From the IMG/VR virus record IMGVR_UViG_3300050011_000061, positions 7,921 through 71,920 of that record: 64,000 nucleotides of DNA; one strand, 5' to 3'. The translations under genes were made by a program, and so were the position numbers. Shown piece by piece: positions 9,751 through 19,040 of the stretch. The stretch's first letter is position 1. Each line of letters opens with the position of its first letter. The notes beneath the pieces are model-generated. The model did not search any database and was not told where the DNA came from. It was given only the letters and a program-made list of their open reading frames with translations. This DNA is from a virus. Lineage: Duplodnaviria; Caudoviricetes.

Positions 9751-10165
9751 CGGAGGCCGACTTCAATTCCATCTTGATGTGCGTGGTGGTAGAGTTCTTA
9801 GTAACAGTGATTGCTTGCAGCCGCGGGTTAGTGTACGGCGCAACATCGCGAGCGCAGTCCTGAGACTTCTCACGTGCGGCGATATAGTAGGCAGAAACCT
9901 TATTGAAATCCTTCAAGGCGTCTTCAAGCTCCTGCGCCTTCTCTGCCGGAAGCGAGTTGAGTTTTGCAATCAACGCTTCATGCTGCTCGCCCAGCTTGTC
10001 GGCCTTGTCCTTCCAAAACAGCATGTTGTCGACCATCACCGACAAACCGTCAAAGCCTTGACGCACCAATTCGTTGGCGAGGCTACGCGTGAGCTTGGTT
10101 GCAGCGCCTTTGGGCCGCCCGCCCTTCTTGCCGTTCTCTCTGGATACTTCTGCTGGAATTGGCAC
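9689..10165 (-). CDS. terS: Terminase small subunit
   Basis: N-terminal RENGKKGGRPKG; C-terminal A.DVAPY.NPRL; immediately upstream of terL. Confidence 0.75.
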   Translation of the reverse strand: MPIPAEVSRENGKKGGRPKGAATKLTRSLANELVRQGFDGLSVMVDNMLFWKDKADKLGEQHEALIAKLNSLPAEKAQELEDALKDFNKVSAYYIAAREKSQDCARDVAPYTNPRLQAITVTKNSTTTHIKMELKSASDDAERAAYRGDVVPFVKRTG

Positions 10166-10260
10166 GGTTAAAACCTGACTAAACTATTGATCCCATTGCC
10201 GCAGCATCGGCAGACAAGCTTGCGCTTTCCTGCTCCCCGGTCGACAACACTCATGCAGGC

Positions 10261-10734
10261 CTAAGCCGCGACGAGGTCGCCTATCTCAAACTTAATCGAG
10301 CGCTTGGCGCCAAGAATGCTGAACAACGCAGCCTCCCGCTCGCCGGGCAGCTCGCCGATGTAACTTCCAATTTTATCTGATAACGGCCCGGTGGCCGGGC
10401 GTACTTGCTGGCCGGGTTGAAACCTCGGCGCCTTGAGCTGGATGAGAACCCCGTCCTTGTCGCAGCGGGCCTTCAACCTAATGATCTCGCCTTCGTGCGC
10501 CGGCCCTATCACGTCGGCCACCCCCCGCATGTCGAAGATAACTTCCCAACCGGGGGATAACTTGATGGGCAAATAATTGAACAGCAATGGATCGAGCCGG
10601 TGGACGCGCTTGCCGCGATGCCTGACCGTGCGTCTAACGCGCGGGAAGAAGTATTCGAACTGGGCTTTAAGAAGTTGTTCAATGACGTCTTCCTGTTGAT
10701 GCCAGAACGTAACCGCGCAGGCCCAGCCGTGCAA
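10261..10734 (-). CDS. NusG/RfaH-family transcription antitermination factor (NGN + KOW)
   Basis: W...T...Q, FFPR...PLLFNYL, RGVADVI, KOW-like FQPGQQVR..TGPL; probable TTG start 10734 after an AAGGGG SD. Confidence 0.85.
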   Translation of the reverse strand: MHGWACAVTFWHQQEDVIEQLLKAQFEYFFPRVRRTVRHRGKRVHRLDPLLFNYLPIKLSPGWEVIFDMRGVADVIGPAHEGEIIRLKARCDKDGVLIQLKAPRFQPGQQVRPATGPLSDKIGSYIGELPGEREAALFSILGAKRSIKFEIGDLVAA

Positions 10735-10764
10735 TTGAAAGCCCCTTCGGGTTGCTGGGGTCGG

Positions 10765-10794
10765 TTTATAATAGCACCGGCCGCAACAAAGCAA
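10765..10794 (-). promoter_or_regulatory. Candidate sigma70-type promoter for the antiterminator/late operon
   Basis: TTGCTT-N18-TATAAA on the minus strand; same -35 as other promoters in this genome. Confidence 0.5.
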
Positions 10795-10839
10795 GGGGGG
10801 AATTGCGAAGACCTACCCCTAGGTATGGGGGGTCGGCCA

Positions 10840-11105
10840 AAAACGTTTTAGGCATTTTAGGCATACCCCCCTTAAATATCCCCCCAAAAAGACCAGACAA
10901 TGTTATTGTCCCTAAAATACCTATAATGTATATATATATTATAATATATAAGGAAATACAAGCAGTTAAGCCCATTTTTATTGGCAAAACGTTTTAGGAG
11001 TCGCTATGCCTAAAACGATCGATTTAGGCAATGGGTTTTTGGATTTGCAGTACCTAAAACGTGGGAGGGGGAGCCGTTTACCTTGTACGTCTCCCTAAAA
11101 CGTCG
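10840..11105. repeat. Candidate replication origin: CCTAAAACG iterons plus AT-rich core
   Basis: CCTAAAACG at 11009, 11053, 11094 and inverted at 10844, 10990; TA-rich tract 10921-10952; abuts the primase 3' end. Confidence 0.65.
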
Positions 11106-11166
11106 GGCGGGGAAAAGCTATATATAGGGGGTAGTGGCAGGCTAAGGATTCGGGGATAAGGGGGCT

Positions 11167-13320
11167 TTAGCGATACCAAAACGTTGGCGGCCCCCCGCCT
11201 TCCGGTGTTTGGCGCTCGGCCTTTATGCTGCCGGCCACAATCAATTGCTCCAACGCTTCTTTTAAATCGCGCGACTTATATTTGTATTTAAGCGCCTGTA
11301 TCAGGTCGCTATGCCTAACCCGTTTAGAGCCATTGCTGAGCCGGCCGATGGTCCGCTTAATATCGTTGGCCATGGCTTGGTGCTCGCTATCGGCAATATA
11401 AAGCCCGGCGGAGACCACCAGCTTGTTGGCTGACCAGCGGGCAAATTCGCAGGCCCAGGTCATAACATCTATTTCAATGCAATCTGTGCCAAGCCCAACG
11501 GTAACAATAGTGGCCAACCGCATGGCAATCTCGGCGGTGCGGGCCATGAGGGAGCCAACATCCTCGTCCTGATCGTTTAGGTTTTGCAGCTCCTCGGCAA
11601 ACCGGTTCCAATGGGTATCGGCTACGTCGGAAATAGCCAGGCTAACGTAGGAGGGCGAGGATGCCGATAGTTTGTTCATGGCCCCGCCCAAGCGGCCGTA
11701 TATGGCCCGCAACCCATGCACAATGCCCTCCGGGGGCCGGGCCGGGTCCTGTTGGGGGGTTTGTTTGGCAGGGCGACCGGGGCTTTCAATAATAAGGAAG
11801 CGGTTGAGGATGCCGTTAACAATATCGGCACCCTCCAGGCTGGTGTAGAACTCGCCAGCGGTCGATGTGCCAAAGATGGACATGGCTGGGCTTTCAATCT
11901 TGCGCGCCGGGAGCTGCGCCCACTCAGGCGTAGTCATAGTAGTAAAGCTGTTGCCCCACGCCATACGCAGAACCGAGGACACCGCGCCCTCAAAGCCAGA
12001 GGCCCGCTTGTTGTTGACCCGCTTTAGGAAGGCACCGAACTCGTCCATGGCACAGACCGACAAGGGTTCCCTGACCAAGAAGTTGATAACCGCCGGCATG
12101 CTAATAAATTGGCTAGGGCCAACGTGGGAACCCATGCCGGAGGCTTGGAGAATAGTGCCTATTTGGGAGAGCGGGTGGTTTTTGCCCGCCCCGGTACGGG
12201 CTATGCCAATAACGTACAGGTGGGTGCCTGAGCGTGTAGGGCCGGCTATGTGGCGCCCGGCAGCGGTGCCTACGATGGTCAAGGCAGCACCCAAGGAAAG
12301 AGCAGGCTGCGGATACATGGCGGTGTCACATATCCATTTGGCAATGGCACCGACCAGGCCGGGGACCTGGAAAGAAGGTGTAGGTGCTTCCTTGGGGTTG
12401 GAGGTTGGGGCCGGGGGAGCCGCCGCAAGCTGCGGCAGGTCGATAACAACACCGCTGGGCAGAGAGTCGGAGGGACCTTTTGGGTGTCCTATACCGTCTT
12501 GTAGGGCGCGCGCTATAGTGCCCTTGGGGCCTAGCGCCTTGTCGTAGGGCTTAATGCCCCAGGAAGAGGCCGCCTGCCAAAGTCTGGTGCGGGTAGTTGT
12601 AAGGTCAAGGCATTCCCCGCCAACCAGTTGGCCGGCGCGGAACGCCAAGGCGTTGGCTTGGTTGTTGCGCTCGCCTTGTGGGGTGTTCTTAAGTTCCTCG
12701 AGGATTTCATTGAACGCGGCCTCGCCATAAGCCTTAAGCCGATCGTCGGGAAGAAGGGCTATGGGTTGGGGAGCGGACTGTTGATGGGGCGATAATAGTT
12801 CAAGCAACCATGGCGGTGGGTCTTGGGCGTTGGTAAGCAGACCATGCAGAACGTAAGCCTGCATGGTGTCGGTAAAGATAGAACCCGGCCCTATAACAAA
12901 GCCGCCCATGCCGCGCACGTCAATACCACACTCGTGCTTGGGCGGCAGCCTACCGCGGGCATTGTTGTGCTCCGTTGGGTTGCGGTAGAACAAATGCCGG
13001 CCGCCGGACGGTGTATCGCTATAAGGAACGTTGAGTGGGTCATTGAATTGTTCAGCATAATGGGTGAGCCAGGCTAGACCGTCCGCTGGCTTCTTGTCGC
13101 AGTCGATAACCAGCAGATTACACTTGGCCAAGTCAATACCGGGCACCGCATCAGGGTGCTTCTGCCATAACCTGCTTATCTTGTCGGGATCGGTGGTTGA
13201 GACCGAACGCCAATAGACGCCCTTGTGCGGGGATTTCTTTGAGCCGCCTTCTTCCTGGCAAGGAAAAACATAGTAGCCCTGGGCTGCTAGCTGTAGAGCC
13301 GTCTGACGGTTAATGGACAC
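11167..13320 (-). CDS. Bifunctional primase-polymerase (Prim-Pol) fused to a DUF3987-like helicase/ATPase
   Basis: VFPC...K.P, LLVIDCD, TPSGGRHLFY, IDVRG.GGFVIGPGS; C-terminal ARTGAGKN Walker A and MDEFG Walker B. Confidence 0.88.
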   Translation of the reverse strand: MSINRQTALQLAAQGYYVFPCQEEGGSKKSPHKGVYWRSVSTTDPDKISRLWQKHPDAVPGIDLAKCNLLVIDCDKKPADGLAWLTHYAEQFNDPLNVPYSDTPSGGRHLFYRNPTEHNNARGRLPPKHECGIDVRGMGGFVIGPGSIFTDTMQAYVLHGLLTNAQDPPPWLLELLSPHQQSAPQPIALLPDDRLKAYGEAAFNEILEELKNTPQGERNNQANALAFRAGQLVGGECLDLTTTRTRLWQAASSWGIKPYDKALGPKGTIARALQDGIGHPKGPSDSLPSGVVIDLPQLAAAPPAPTSNPKEAPTPSFQVPGLVGAIAKWICDTAMYPQPALSLGAALTIVGTAAGRHIAGPTRSGTHLYVIGIARTGAGKNHPLSQIGTILQASGMGSHVGPSQFISMPAVINFLVREPLSVCAMDEFGAFLKRVNNKRASGFEGAVSSVLRMAWGNSFTTMTTPEWAQLPARKIESPAMSIFGTSTAGEFYTSLEGADIVNGILNRFLIIESPGRPAKQTPQQDPARPPEGIVHGLRAIYGRLGGAMNKLSASSPSYVSLAISDVADTHWNRFAEELQNLNDQDEDVGSLMARTAEIAMRLATIVTVGLGTDCIEIDVMTWACEFARWSANKLVVSAGLYIADSEHQAMANDIKRTIGRLSNGSKRVRHSDLIQALKYKYKSRDLKEALEQLIVAGSIKAERQTPEGGGPPTFWYR

Positions 13321-13592
13321 GGGAGCGGGGCCTTCCTCACAAGGCTATGAAACGGTGCGCCGGGTAATCCTCGCAGTGTGAGGCTGCAAAGAAACCGAGC
13401 TTGGGGGGAACGGCTGTCCCCGGCGCGCGTTCGGGTAACTTATAGGCTTTACTTAGACGTCCTATCCCGGTTCCCCAAACATGGTTAATAAACTAGGTTA
13501 ACAAACGTGGTTAACTTTTAGGGGGTAGTTTGGTTTAAACAAGCCCCCTAGGACTAGGGTGGGTTGGGGCAAGTAAGGGCTAGGGTTGGGGG

Positions 13593-15197
13593 TCATTCGG
13601 CCGCTTCCTCTGTTATTTGTTCAAACCTTACGCCTACCACTCGAAAATATTTGCCATCGGGCTGCACGCAGATTTCTGTGGGTATCTTCAGCTCTTTAAT
13701 GCGCGAAAGGGCTTCTGAAACTGTTGCGGGGATCGGCCGCTGTCCAGTCTTAAGCCACCATTGCTCGGCGCGTGATCTCATTTGCCCTTGGTGCTGGAAG
13801 CCCAGCCATTCCTTGTGGGTGACAAAGCCGCAGGAGTATTCAACGCGAAGGGAATTGGGGGAGCCGGGCTTGGTGTGGACGTAATACTTGACCGCGTCGA
13901 CGTCGACCCATTGGGCTTTGCCTTTGGAGAGGATATTTGTGTTGGCATCGGCTACGGCTTCGTGCTTGGGCATTAGATCGCGCGGGAACAGATGTCCGCA
14001 GATAGGGCATTGCTGGGCAGCCAGCGCCAGGATGGTTTGGCACACAGGACAGGCCTTGGAGAGCGCTTCACCGTCGCCTTTGTTCTCGCCGGCCGACTTG
14101 GCCGTGATGGTATCGATAGGACCATGGCGTTCGGTATTGCGAGCGAAGTCGAGAACAAGGCAGTTATCCTTGCCGGGAGCGCGACGAAGCCCACGGCCTA
14201 CTTGCTGGACGAACAGGCCGGCACTGGCCGTTGGCCTCAAGAGGGCAATAAGATCGGTGCCGGGGTGGTTAAAGCCGGTGCCCAGCACACCTACGCTAGT
14301 GAGGCACCTGATATCCCCCTGCGAGAACTGTCTGATAAAACTATCACGCTCGGCCTTGGGGGTTTCACCGGTAACCGTCTCGCAGCTAACGCCTTCGGCG
14401 CGGATAGCATCGCGCATGTGGCCGGCATGTTCGACACCAGAACAGAATGCTAACCAGCTTTTTCTCCCGGCGCCTAGCTGGGCAATCTCCTTGGCCGCCG
14501 ACTTGGTGATCCAGTCCTTATCAACCGCCACCTCGAGCTGGCCGGGGATAAATTCACCACCGCGTTTTTGTACGCCGGAAATGTCAAACTGGGTAAGAGT
14601 AGCTTTGCTAAGTAGGGGAGACAAATAGCCCTGTTCAATAAGGTCGGTCACCTTGGCTTCATAGACCACCTTGTCAAATAAGCGGCCTTTGCCGTAGTCG
14701 AGGCGGCCTGAGTCAAGGCGAAATGCTGTCGCCGTTGTACCTACCATTCGCATATCTGGGGTCTGGGCACGCAAAGCATTAATAAAGGCCCCGTACATGG
14801 TGGCCTGGTTGCGGCTGATGAGGTGGGCCTCGTCGATAAGAAGGATATCAAACCCACCTAACAGAGGAACCTTGTTGTAGACCGACTGGATGCCGACCAA
14901 CATGATTTGATGATGGCGATCGCGACGCCCGATGCCAGCGCTGTAGATACCGGCCGGGGCCTCCGGCCAAAGGGCAATGAGTTCTTTGTAGTTCTGGCTA
15001 ATAAGTTCACGGACATGCGTGGCAATGGCAATGCGTAAGCTGGGGTAGCGGGCAAGAATCTCCTTGCAGATAGAAGCAAGGATCAATGACTTGCCAGAGC
15101 CGGTCGGCAACACAATGAGGCCATTGACACCGCCCTTGAGCCAATAGGTGTAAAGGGCATCAAGCGCTTGGCGTTGATAGGGGCGGGGATAGAGCAT
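13593..15197 (-). CDS. SF2 DEAH helicase (RadD/YejH-like) with zinc ribbon
   Basis: LPTGSGKS, DEAH, TAT, QQVGRGLR, CPVC..CPIC. Confidence 0.92.
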   Translation of the reverse strand: MLYPRPYQRQALDALYTYWLKGGVNGLIVLPTGSGKSLILASICKEILARYPSLRIAIATHVRELISQNYKELIALWPEAPAGIYSAGIGRRDRHHQIMLVGIQSVYNKVPLLGGFDILLIDEAHLISRNQATMYGAFINALRAQTPDMRMVGTTATAFRLDSGRLDYGKGRLFDKVVYEAKVTDLIEQGYLSPLLSKATLTQFDISGVQKRGGEFIPGQLEVAVDKDWITKSAAKEIAQLGAGRKSWLAFCSGVEHAGHMRDAIRAEGVSCETVTGETPKAERDSFIRQFSQGDIRCLTSVGVLGTGFNHPGTDLIALLRPTASAGLFVQQVGRGLRRAPGKDNCLVLDFARNTERHGPIDTITAKSAGENKGDGEALSKACPVCQTILALAAQQCPICGHLFPRDLMPKHEAVADANTNILSKGKAQWVDVDAVKYYVHTKPGSPNSLRVEYSCGFVTHKEWLGFQHQGQMRSRAEQWWLKTGQRPIPATVSEALSRIKELKIPTEICVQPDGKYFRVVGVRFEQITEEAAE

Positions 15198-15204
15198 TGA
15201 CTAG

Positions 15205-15447
15205 TTACTTAGATGTTTTCTTCGGCGGCCAGTTGCCTTCGTCTTTCGCCCGTTGCTTGGCCTGGTCCACCATGTCGGAGTACTTGTCCCGGTAGCGTCC
15301 ATAAGCAGAGTCAGCAGTTCGATCGTAAGCGCGGGCTTCCTCAGCGCAATACTCGGCGTAAGTATAACTGGGGTGCTTGTTGCACCAACGGGTCATGCGT
15401 TCTTCAATTAGCTCTTCGTGGGCTTCGATGAATAGTTCTTTGGTCAT
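15205..15447 (-). CDS. Hypothetical protein
   Basis: ORF from ATG 15447 with TAATG coupling. Confidence 0.6.
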   Translation of the reverse strand: MTKELFIEAHEELIEERMTRWCNKHPSYTYAEYCAEEARAYDRTADSAYGRYRDKYSDMVDQAKQRAKDEGNWPPKKTSK

Positions 15448-15782
15448 TAGAATACCCCTACAAATTGACCGTGGCATTCATACGAACAAAATACGTAGTT
15501 GCTTTCATAGTCTCCGTCTTCCTCTTTTATCTGTTTTCCGCAATTTGAACATTCAACAATACCGTCAAATTCAACATACGCGCCACGGCCTTGCGACGGG
15601 AATTGATATTTGGTGGGGTCAACGATTGTGCCGTCTGGTTGTTTGCACCACCAGTGCGCTTGTTCACCCCACTGCAAGCAAAAGTAATGCCCTCGAACTA
15701 ACGTCAATGTCGGGTCGGCAGCAACTAACGCTTCCGACATTTCTTTGCACTTTCCGCGATACTTGGCGTAGTCGTCGCTCAT
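15447..15782 (-). CDS. Cys-rich hypothetical protein (possible Cys-His-Asp fold plus C-terminal Zn finger)
   Basis: GKC..., HWWC, IVDPT..QF, CSNCG...FCS..C; CACAGGAG SD. Confidence 0.65.
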   Translation of the reverse strand: MSDDYAKYRGKCKEMSEALVAADPTLTLVRGHYFCLQWGEQAHWWCKQPDGTIVDPTKYQFPSQGRGAYVEFDGIVECSNCGKQIKEEDGDYESNYVFCSYECHGQFVGVF

Positions 15783-16735
15783 TTGGGCTCTCCTGTGTTG
15801 ACCCACTCCGACCCGTCAGCCATCTTATACTTAACCCACCTATCGTTTTCCGAAGCGTCGATCTGCTCGCCCGGCACTAACGACGGCAAAAACAGATGAG
15901 ACCCGCACCCAACTTGCTGCGCCTTGTAATCCAGCTCCACATCCTTCAAAGCGCACCTGACCACCGCGCCGTCTAAAAACTCTGCACTAATGCAGGTCCG
16001 GCAATTCTTCCGCGCCCATTCACCTTCGTGGCATTGCGGCCTTGAGGCGCACCAGCCACAAGGGAATGCCGCTTTGGCTGTAGGGTCTTCAAACAATTTA
16101 GAGGGAGCCGCATCGGCCCTAACAATGCGGTCGACCTTGGTTTCCAGCCTAACCGCCAGCGCATGGTCATACTCCACCCGTTCGGCGTAGCGCTCGTCGG
16201 TGTCCTTATTCACGGCGTAGTACAGGCAGCGTGTCAGACTTTGCGCGTGCATGTAAAGTTGGCATTGGGCGTAGTGGTCTGGCTTGGCGAGCTGGAGTTT
16301 CTTCTTCACAAGGTCCTTGAAGCTTTTGCTATTGTGCGACTTGGTTTCAACCACATGCAAGGTCTTGGCTGCTTCCGGTAAACCTAGAACTTGGCCGTCC
16401 AGCTTGCCGCGGAGCCATGAGTGGGCCAAAGCAACCTTGAACTGCTGACCGGTGGCCGGGTCAAGCCGTTCGACTTGGCAACCTATGGCCTCAAGGTCAT
16501 CCAATAGACGTTCTTCCCAATAGCGCCCAGTGGCGAAGATGCTTTCCTTTTTGCCTGGGTTGTCTTCCTGGCGCGGTGGGCTTGCCCAACGAAAGGCATA
16601 CCACAGCTTCCGCTCGCACTCGTCCGCCACCATCGACATACCAATACCAAGGCTGTCGCCGTGGTGGGCGTTCTTTTCGTAGGCGCTGTAGACGGCCAGG
16701 ACGGTGTGGCTGATGGGTTCGGGGAGTTCGGTCAT
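15779..16735 (-). CDS. Cas4-like PD-(D/E)XK exonuclease
   Basis: S...DECERKLWY, GKLDG, VETKS, YAQCQLYM, CGWC..C. Confidence 0.85.
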   Translation of the reverse strand: MTELPEPISHTVLAVYSAYEKNAHHGDSLGIGMSMVADECERKLWYAFRWASPPRQEDNPGKKESIFATGRYWEERLLDDLEAIGCQVERLDPATGQQFKVALAHSWLRGKLDGQVLGLPEAAKTLHVVETKSHNSKSFKDLVKKKLQLAKPDHYAQCQLYMHAQSLTRCLYYAVNKDTDERYAERVEYDHALAVRLETKVDRIVRADAAPSKLFEDPTAKAAFPCGWCASRPQCHEGEWARKNCRTCISAEFLDGAVVRCALKDVELDYKAQQVGCGSHLFLPSLVPGEQIDASENDRWVKYKMADGSEWVNTGEPK

Positions 16736-16833
16736 TTAATCTTCCCTAGAGGGCCGCACCGCGGGCAAACCCGGCGGCGGGTTTTCTTGTTTTTAGGCAC
16801 CTTGCGGCGCCCGCATTTTGGACAGGCTGACAT
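16732..16833 (-). CDS. Zinc-ribbon microprotein (33 aa)
   Basis: Read manually: MSACPKCGRRKVPKNKKTRRRVCPRCGPLGKIK; ATGA overlap with the nuclease start. Confidence 0.55.
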   Translation of the reverse strand: MSACPKCGRRKVPKNKKTRRRVCPRCGPLGKIK

Positions 16834-16995
16834 TTTGTTTGCCTTGCTGCATCGAGCGTAGGGCGTTCGTCCTAATCCTCACCGCCCTACGCTACCAACA
16901 GTTCTTCCTTGTATGCTTCCTGCGAGCGCATGCGAGCAGGATTTGGCTGCCACTCCTATGAGGGTAAGGACACTAGGGCACAGCCGCCAAACACG

Positions 16996-17427
16996 TCAGG
17001 CGGCCGACTTTGGTTCGGTCGACACACCATTCTTGTAGATAGGCAACGCCCGGATGGCGTCAGCATCTTCCGGGTTGACCATATTGGCCATAAGGTCACG
17101 CCGCATTTTGTTGAACTCGGCCTGCTTGACCTTTTCGACGGCATCGGTTTCGTTGGTTACGATTTCTTTGTGTTCCGTCAAGTCAATTTTGGAAACCATC
17201 CACTTCACTTTCAGATCGTTGTCTTGGATATCGACGCTGGCGTTGGGGTCGATCACCTTGACAACCGTGAAGTTGTGGCGAGTACCGGATTCCACAACAA
17301 CCAAATCATCCTTCTTGAGCGTCTGATCGAAAGTCTTGAAATACTCGGCCTTGTGGCCGTCTTCGTAGATGGCGGTGAAGGCACGGATATCCTTATTGAT
17401 AAGGAACACTGTAGTTGAGCGGTTCAT
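16996..17427 (-). CDS. Hypothetical protein
   Basis: ORF with ACAGGAG SD in the replication operon. Confidence 0.7.
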   Translation of the reverse strand: MNRSTTVFLINKDIRAFTAIYEDGHKAEYFKTFDQTLKKDDLVVVESGTRHNFTVVKVIDPNASVDIQDNDLKVKWMVSKIDLTEHKEIVTNETDAVEKVKQAEFNKMRRDLMANMVNPEDADAIRALPIYKNGVSTEPKSAA

Positions 17428-17555
17428 CTTGAACTCCTGTTAAAGTTTTGTTTCTCTTTTTGGCCTCCCCCGGCTCTTCAGGGTAGGTGGGGGTGGGGGA
17501 AAAGAGCCGGGGTTGCCAAGGACGCGGGGCGCATTACCAACCCGCGTCAAGCTGG

Positions 17556-18137
17556 CTAGGTGTGAAACGGAGGATCGATTTCCTCAGGCTGCTGGGCCGA
17601 AGCTTGCTGCGGCTTGGGCTGATTCCAAGGCTTGCCGCCGGCCGCGGGCTTGCCCTGGGCCGTAGCTTGCTGGGGTGGCCTGCCTTGCTGTGCCGCCGGC
17701 CTCTGAGCCTGCGTTGGCGCCGCACCAGGCGCCCCTTTGCCGACCGTATAGCGGACGGTATTCTGCGGGCCGTATTGGCCGGTCTTGTCCTGCCGGATAC
17801 CAATGCGGCAAATAAACGGCTTGAACTGAAGTTCATCGGTATCACGCAGTTGCGCCACACCGATGGCCAAGCAAAGGTCGGCCAGCGCCCGCTGGGCAAT
17901 CCGCTGGGCGTCGGGATTATCATTGCGAATGTTGAGGCGGTCCCAGACGCGGCGATTGGCAAACGGACCTTCCAACACTTCAAGTGTCAGAACGAGCATC
18001 TGGCCGGTGCCGGACTTGGTGTCCTCAATCTTGCTTTCGATGATTTGCACCTTGTACTGCCCAATCGGGAGCGGTTCAAAGTTGCGATCATCTTCCGGCA
18101 CATCGGCCGGTGCGAAGGTTTCTGGAAGTGCGACCAT
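17556..18137 (-). CDS. DUF669-family ssDNA-binding protein
   Basis: FEPLP.G.Y..., G.ML.L.LEVLEG....RRVWDRLN, acidic C-terminal tail EEIDPPF. Confidence 0.85.
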   Translation of the reverse strand: MVALPETFAPADVPEDDRNFEPLPIGQYKVQIIESKIEDTKSGTGQMLVLTLEVLEGPFANRRVWDRLNIRNDNPDAQRIAQRALADLCLAIGVAQLRDTDELQFKPFICRIGIRQDKTGQYGPQNTVRYTVGKGAPGAAPTQAQRPAAQQGRPPQQATAQGKPAAGGKPWNQPKPQQASAQQPEEIDPPFHT

Positions 18138-18161
18138 AGGAGTTGCTTTCTATAAGAGGGG

Positions 18162-18962
18162 TTACGCGGCCTTGGTGACGGCGGCTGTGGGCTTTTTGCT
18201 GTTCGGGAAGAATGGCTCCATGACTTTGTACCCTTCGCCCTTTTTGTATTCCAGCTTGTCCGGCATGCCGTAGCGGTTCTTGGCTACATAGGCTGGCCGC
18301 GGCGTACAATGTATCCAGCGGTTGCCACCACCAGCGGCCCTTACGCGAGTGCCAGGGCCGGCCTTGGCCTTGGGGTCATTCTGCAACAGGCTGACGTCCT
18401 GGTTCAGCAGGAAGATGGCGTCAACTTCATCTTGCATAATGCCGACCGCACGCTTGTGCAAGCGGATGTCGTAACGCGAGTAGCTAGCGGTCATAGGATC
18501 GTTGACATTCTCGATGGTTGAGTGGGCAATATAAACAATGCCCATATTCTTGTCGCGGCGCAGGGCATTCATTCCCTCGAGGATGTCCCGCCACGCGCCG
18601 TCGGCGCTGACGTAGCCTTTGCCGTAGCCGGGCGCCTCGATATTCAACCAGCTATTGTCGGCGCAGACCTTGGCCCAAACCAACGGTTCCAGCTTGTCCA
18701 GGCTGTCGAGCACAACGGTTCTACCTTTGTGGTCCTCGGTGTAGAGCGCAGCAATCGATTCCATGACCTCTTCGTAAGTGGTCAGGCGGCCGAAGCTGGA
18801 AAGCACCAGGTCGGACGGCGTGCCGTCTTCAATCTGCAAGAAGATTGGGTCGGGAAACTCCGATGCCAATGTAGTCTTGCCGATACCCGGCGGCCCATAA
18901 ATGAGCGCACGCGGCGGCTGGGTAGCCTTGACCTGCCGAAGGTCTTTAATACTGATAGCCAT
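18162..18962 (-). CDS. AAA_24 / Sak4-like ATPase (recombinase)
   Basis: YGPPGIGKTT, VVLDSLD, GYGKGY, IAH, AKNRY. Confidence 0.88.
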   Translation of the reverse strand: MAISIKDLRQVKATQPPRALIYGPPGIGKTTLASEFPDPIFLQIEDGTPSDLVLSSFGRLTTYEEVMESIAALYTEDHKGRTVVLDSLDKLEPLVWAKVCADNSWLNIEAPGYGKGYVSADGAWRDILEGMNALRRDKNMGIVYIAHSTIENVNDPMTASYSRYDIRLHKRAVGIMQDEVDAIFLLNQDVSLLQNDPKAKAGPGTRVRAAGGGNRWIHCTPRPAYVAKNRYGMPDKLEYKKGEGYKVMEPFFPNSKKPTAAVTKAA

Positions 18963-19040
18963 TAGACTTCTCCTTTGATGGACCGCTGCCTTGTGAAGTA
19001 CGGGAGAGGCTGAGTGGCAGCCGGGAGAACCATCTTGGGG

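Noticed and set aside
10752-10997. ORFs 10752-10997 (+) and 10766-10987 (-)
   Set aside because: They are translations of the TA tract and iterons, with low-complexity I/Y runs.
13481-13520. Full CtrA box TTAA-N7-TTAA
   Set aside because: Spacing is N9; only the half-site interpretation is retained.
11867-14628. Long plus-strand ORFs antisense to primase and helicase (also 24278-25036, 59696-60319)
   Set aside because: Shadow ORFs of GC-rich coding strands with no recognisable motifs.
15779-16735. CRISPR-associated cas4
   Set aside because: The context is a phage recombination module (Sak4-like ATPase, SSB, helicase), with no cas1/cas2 or array.
16840-16995. tRNA gene
   Set aside because: Hairpins are present, but there is no cloverleaf with T-loop GTTCRA and acceptor stem.
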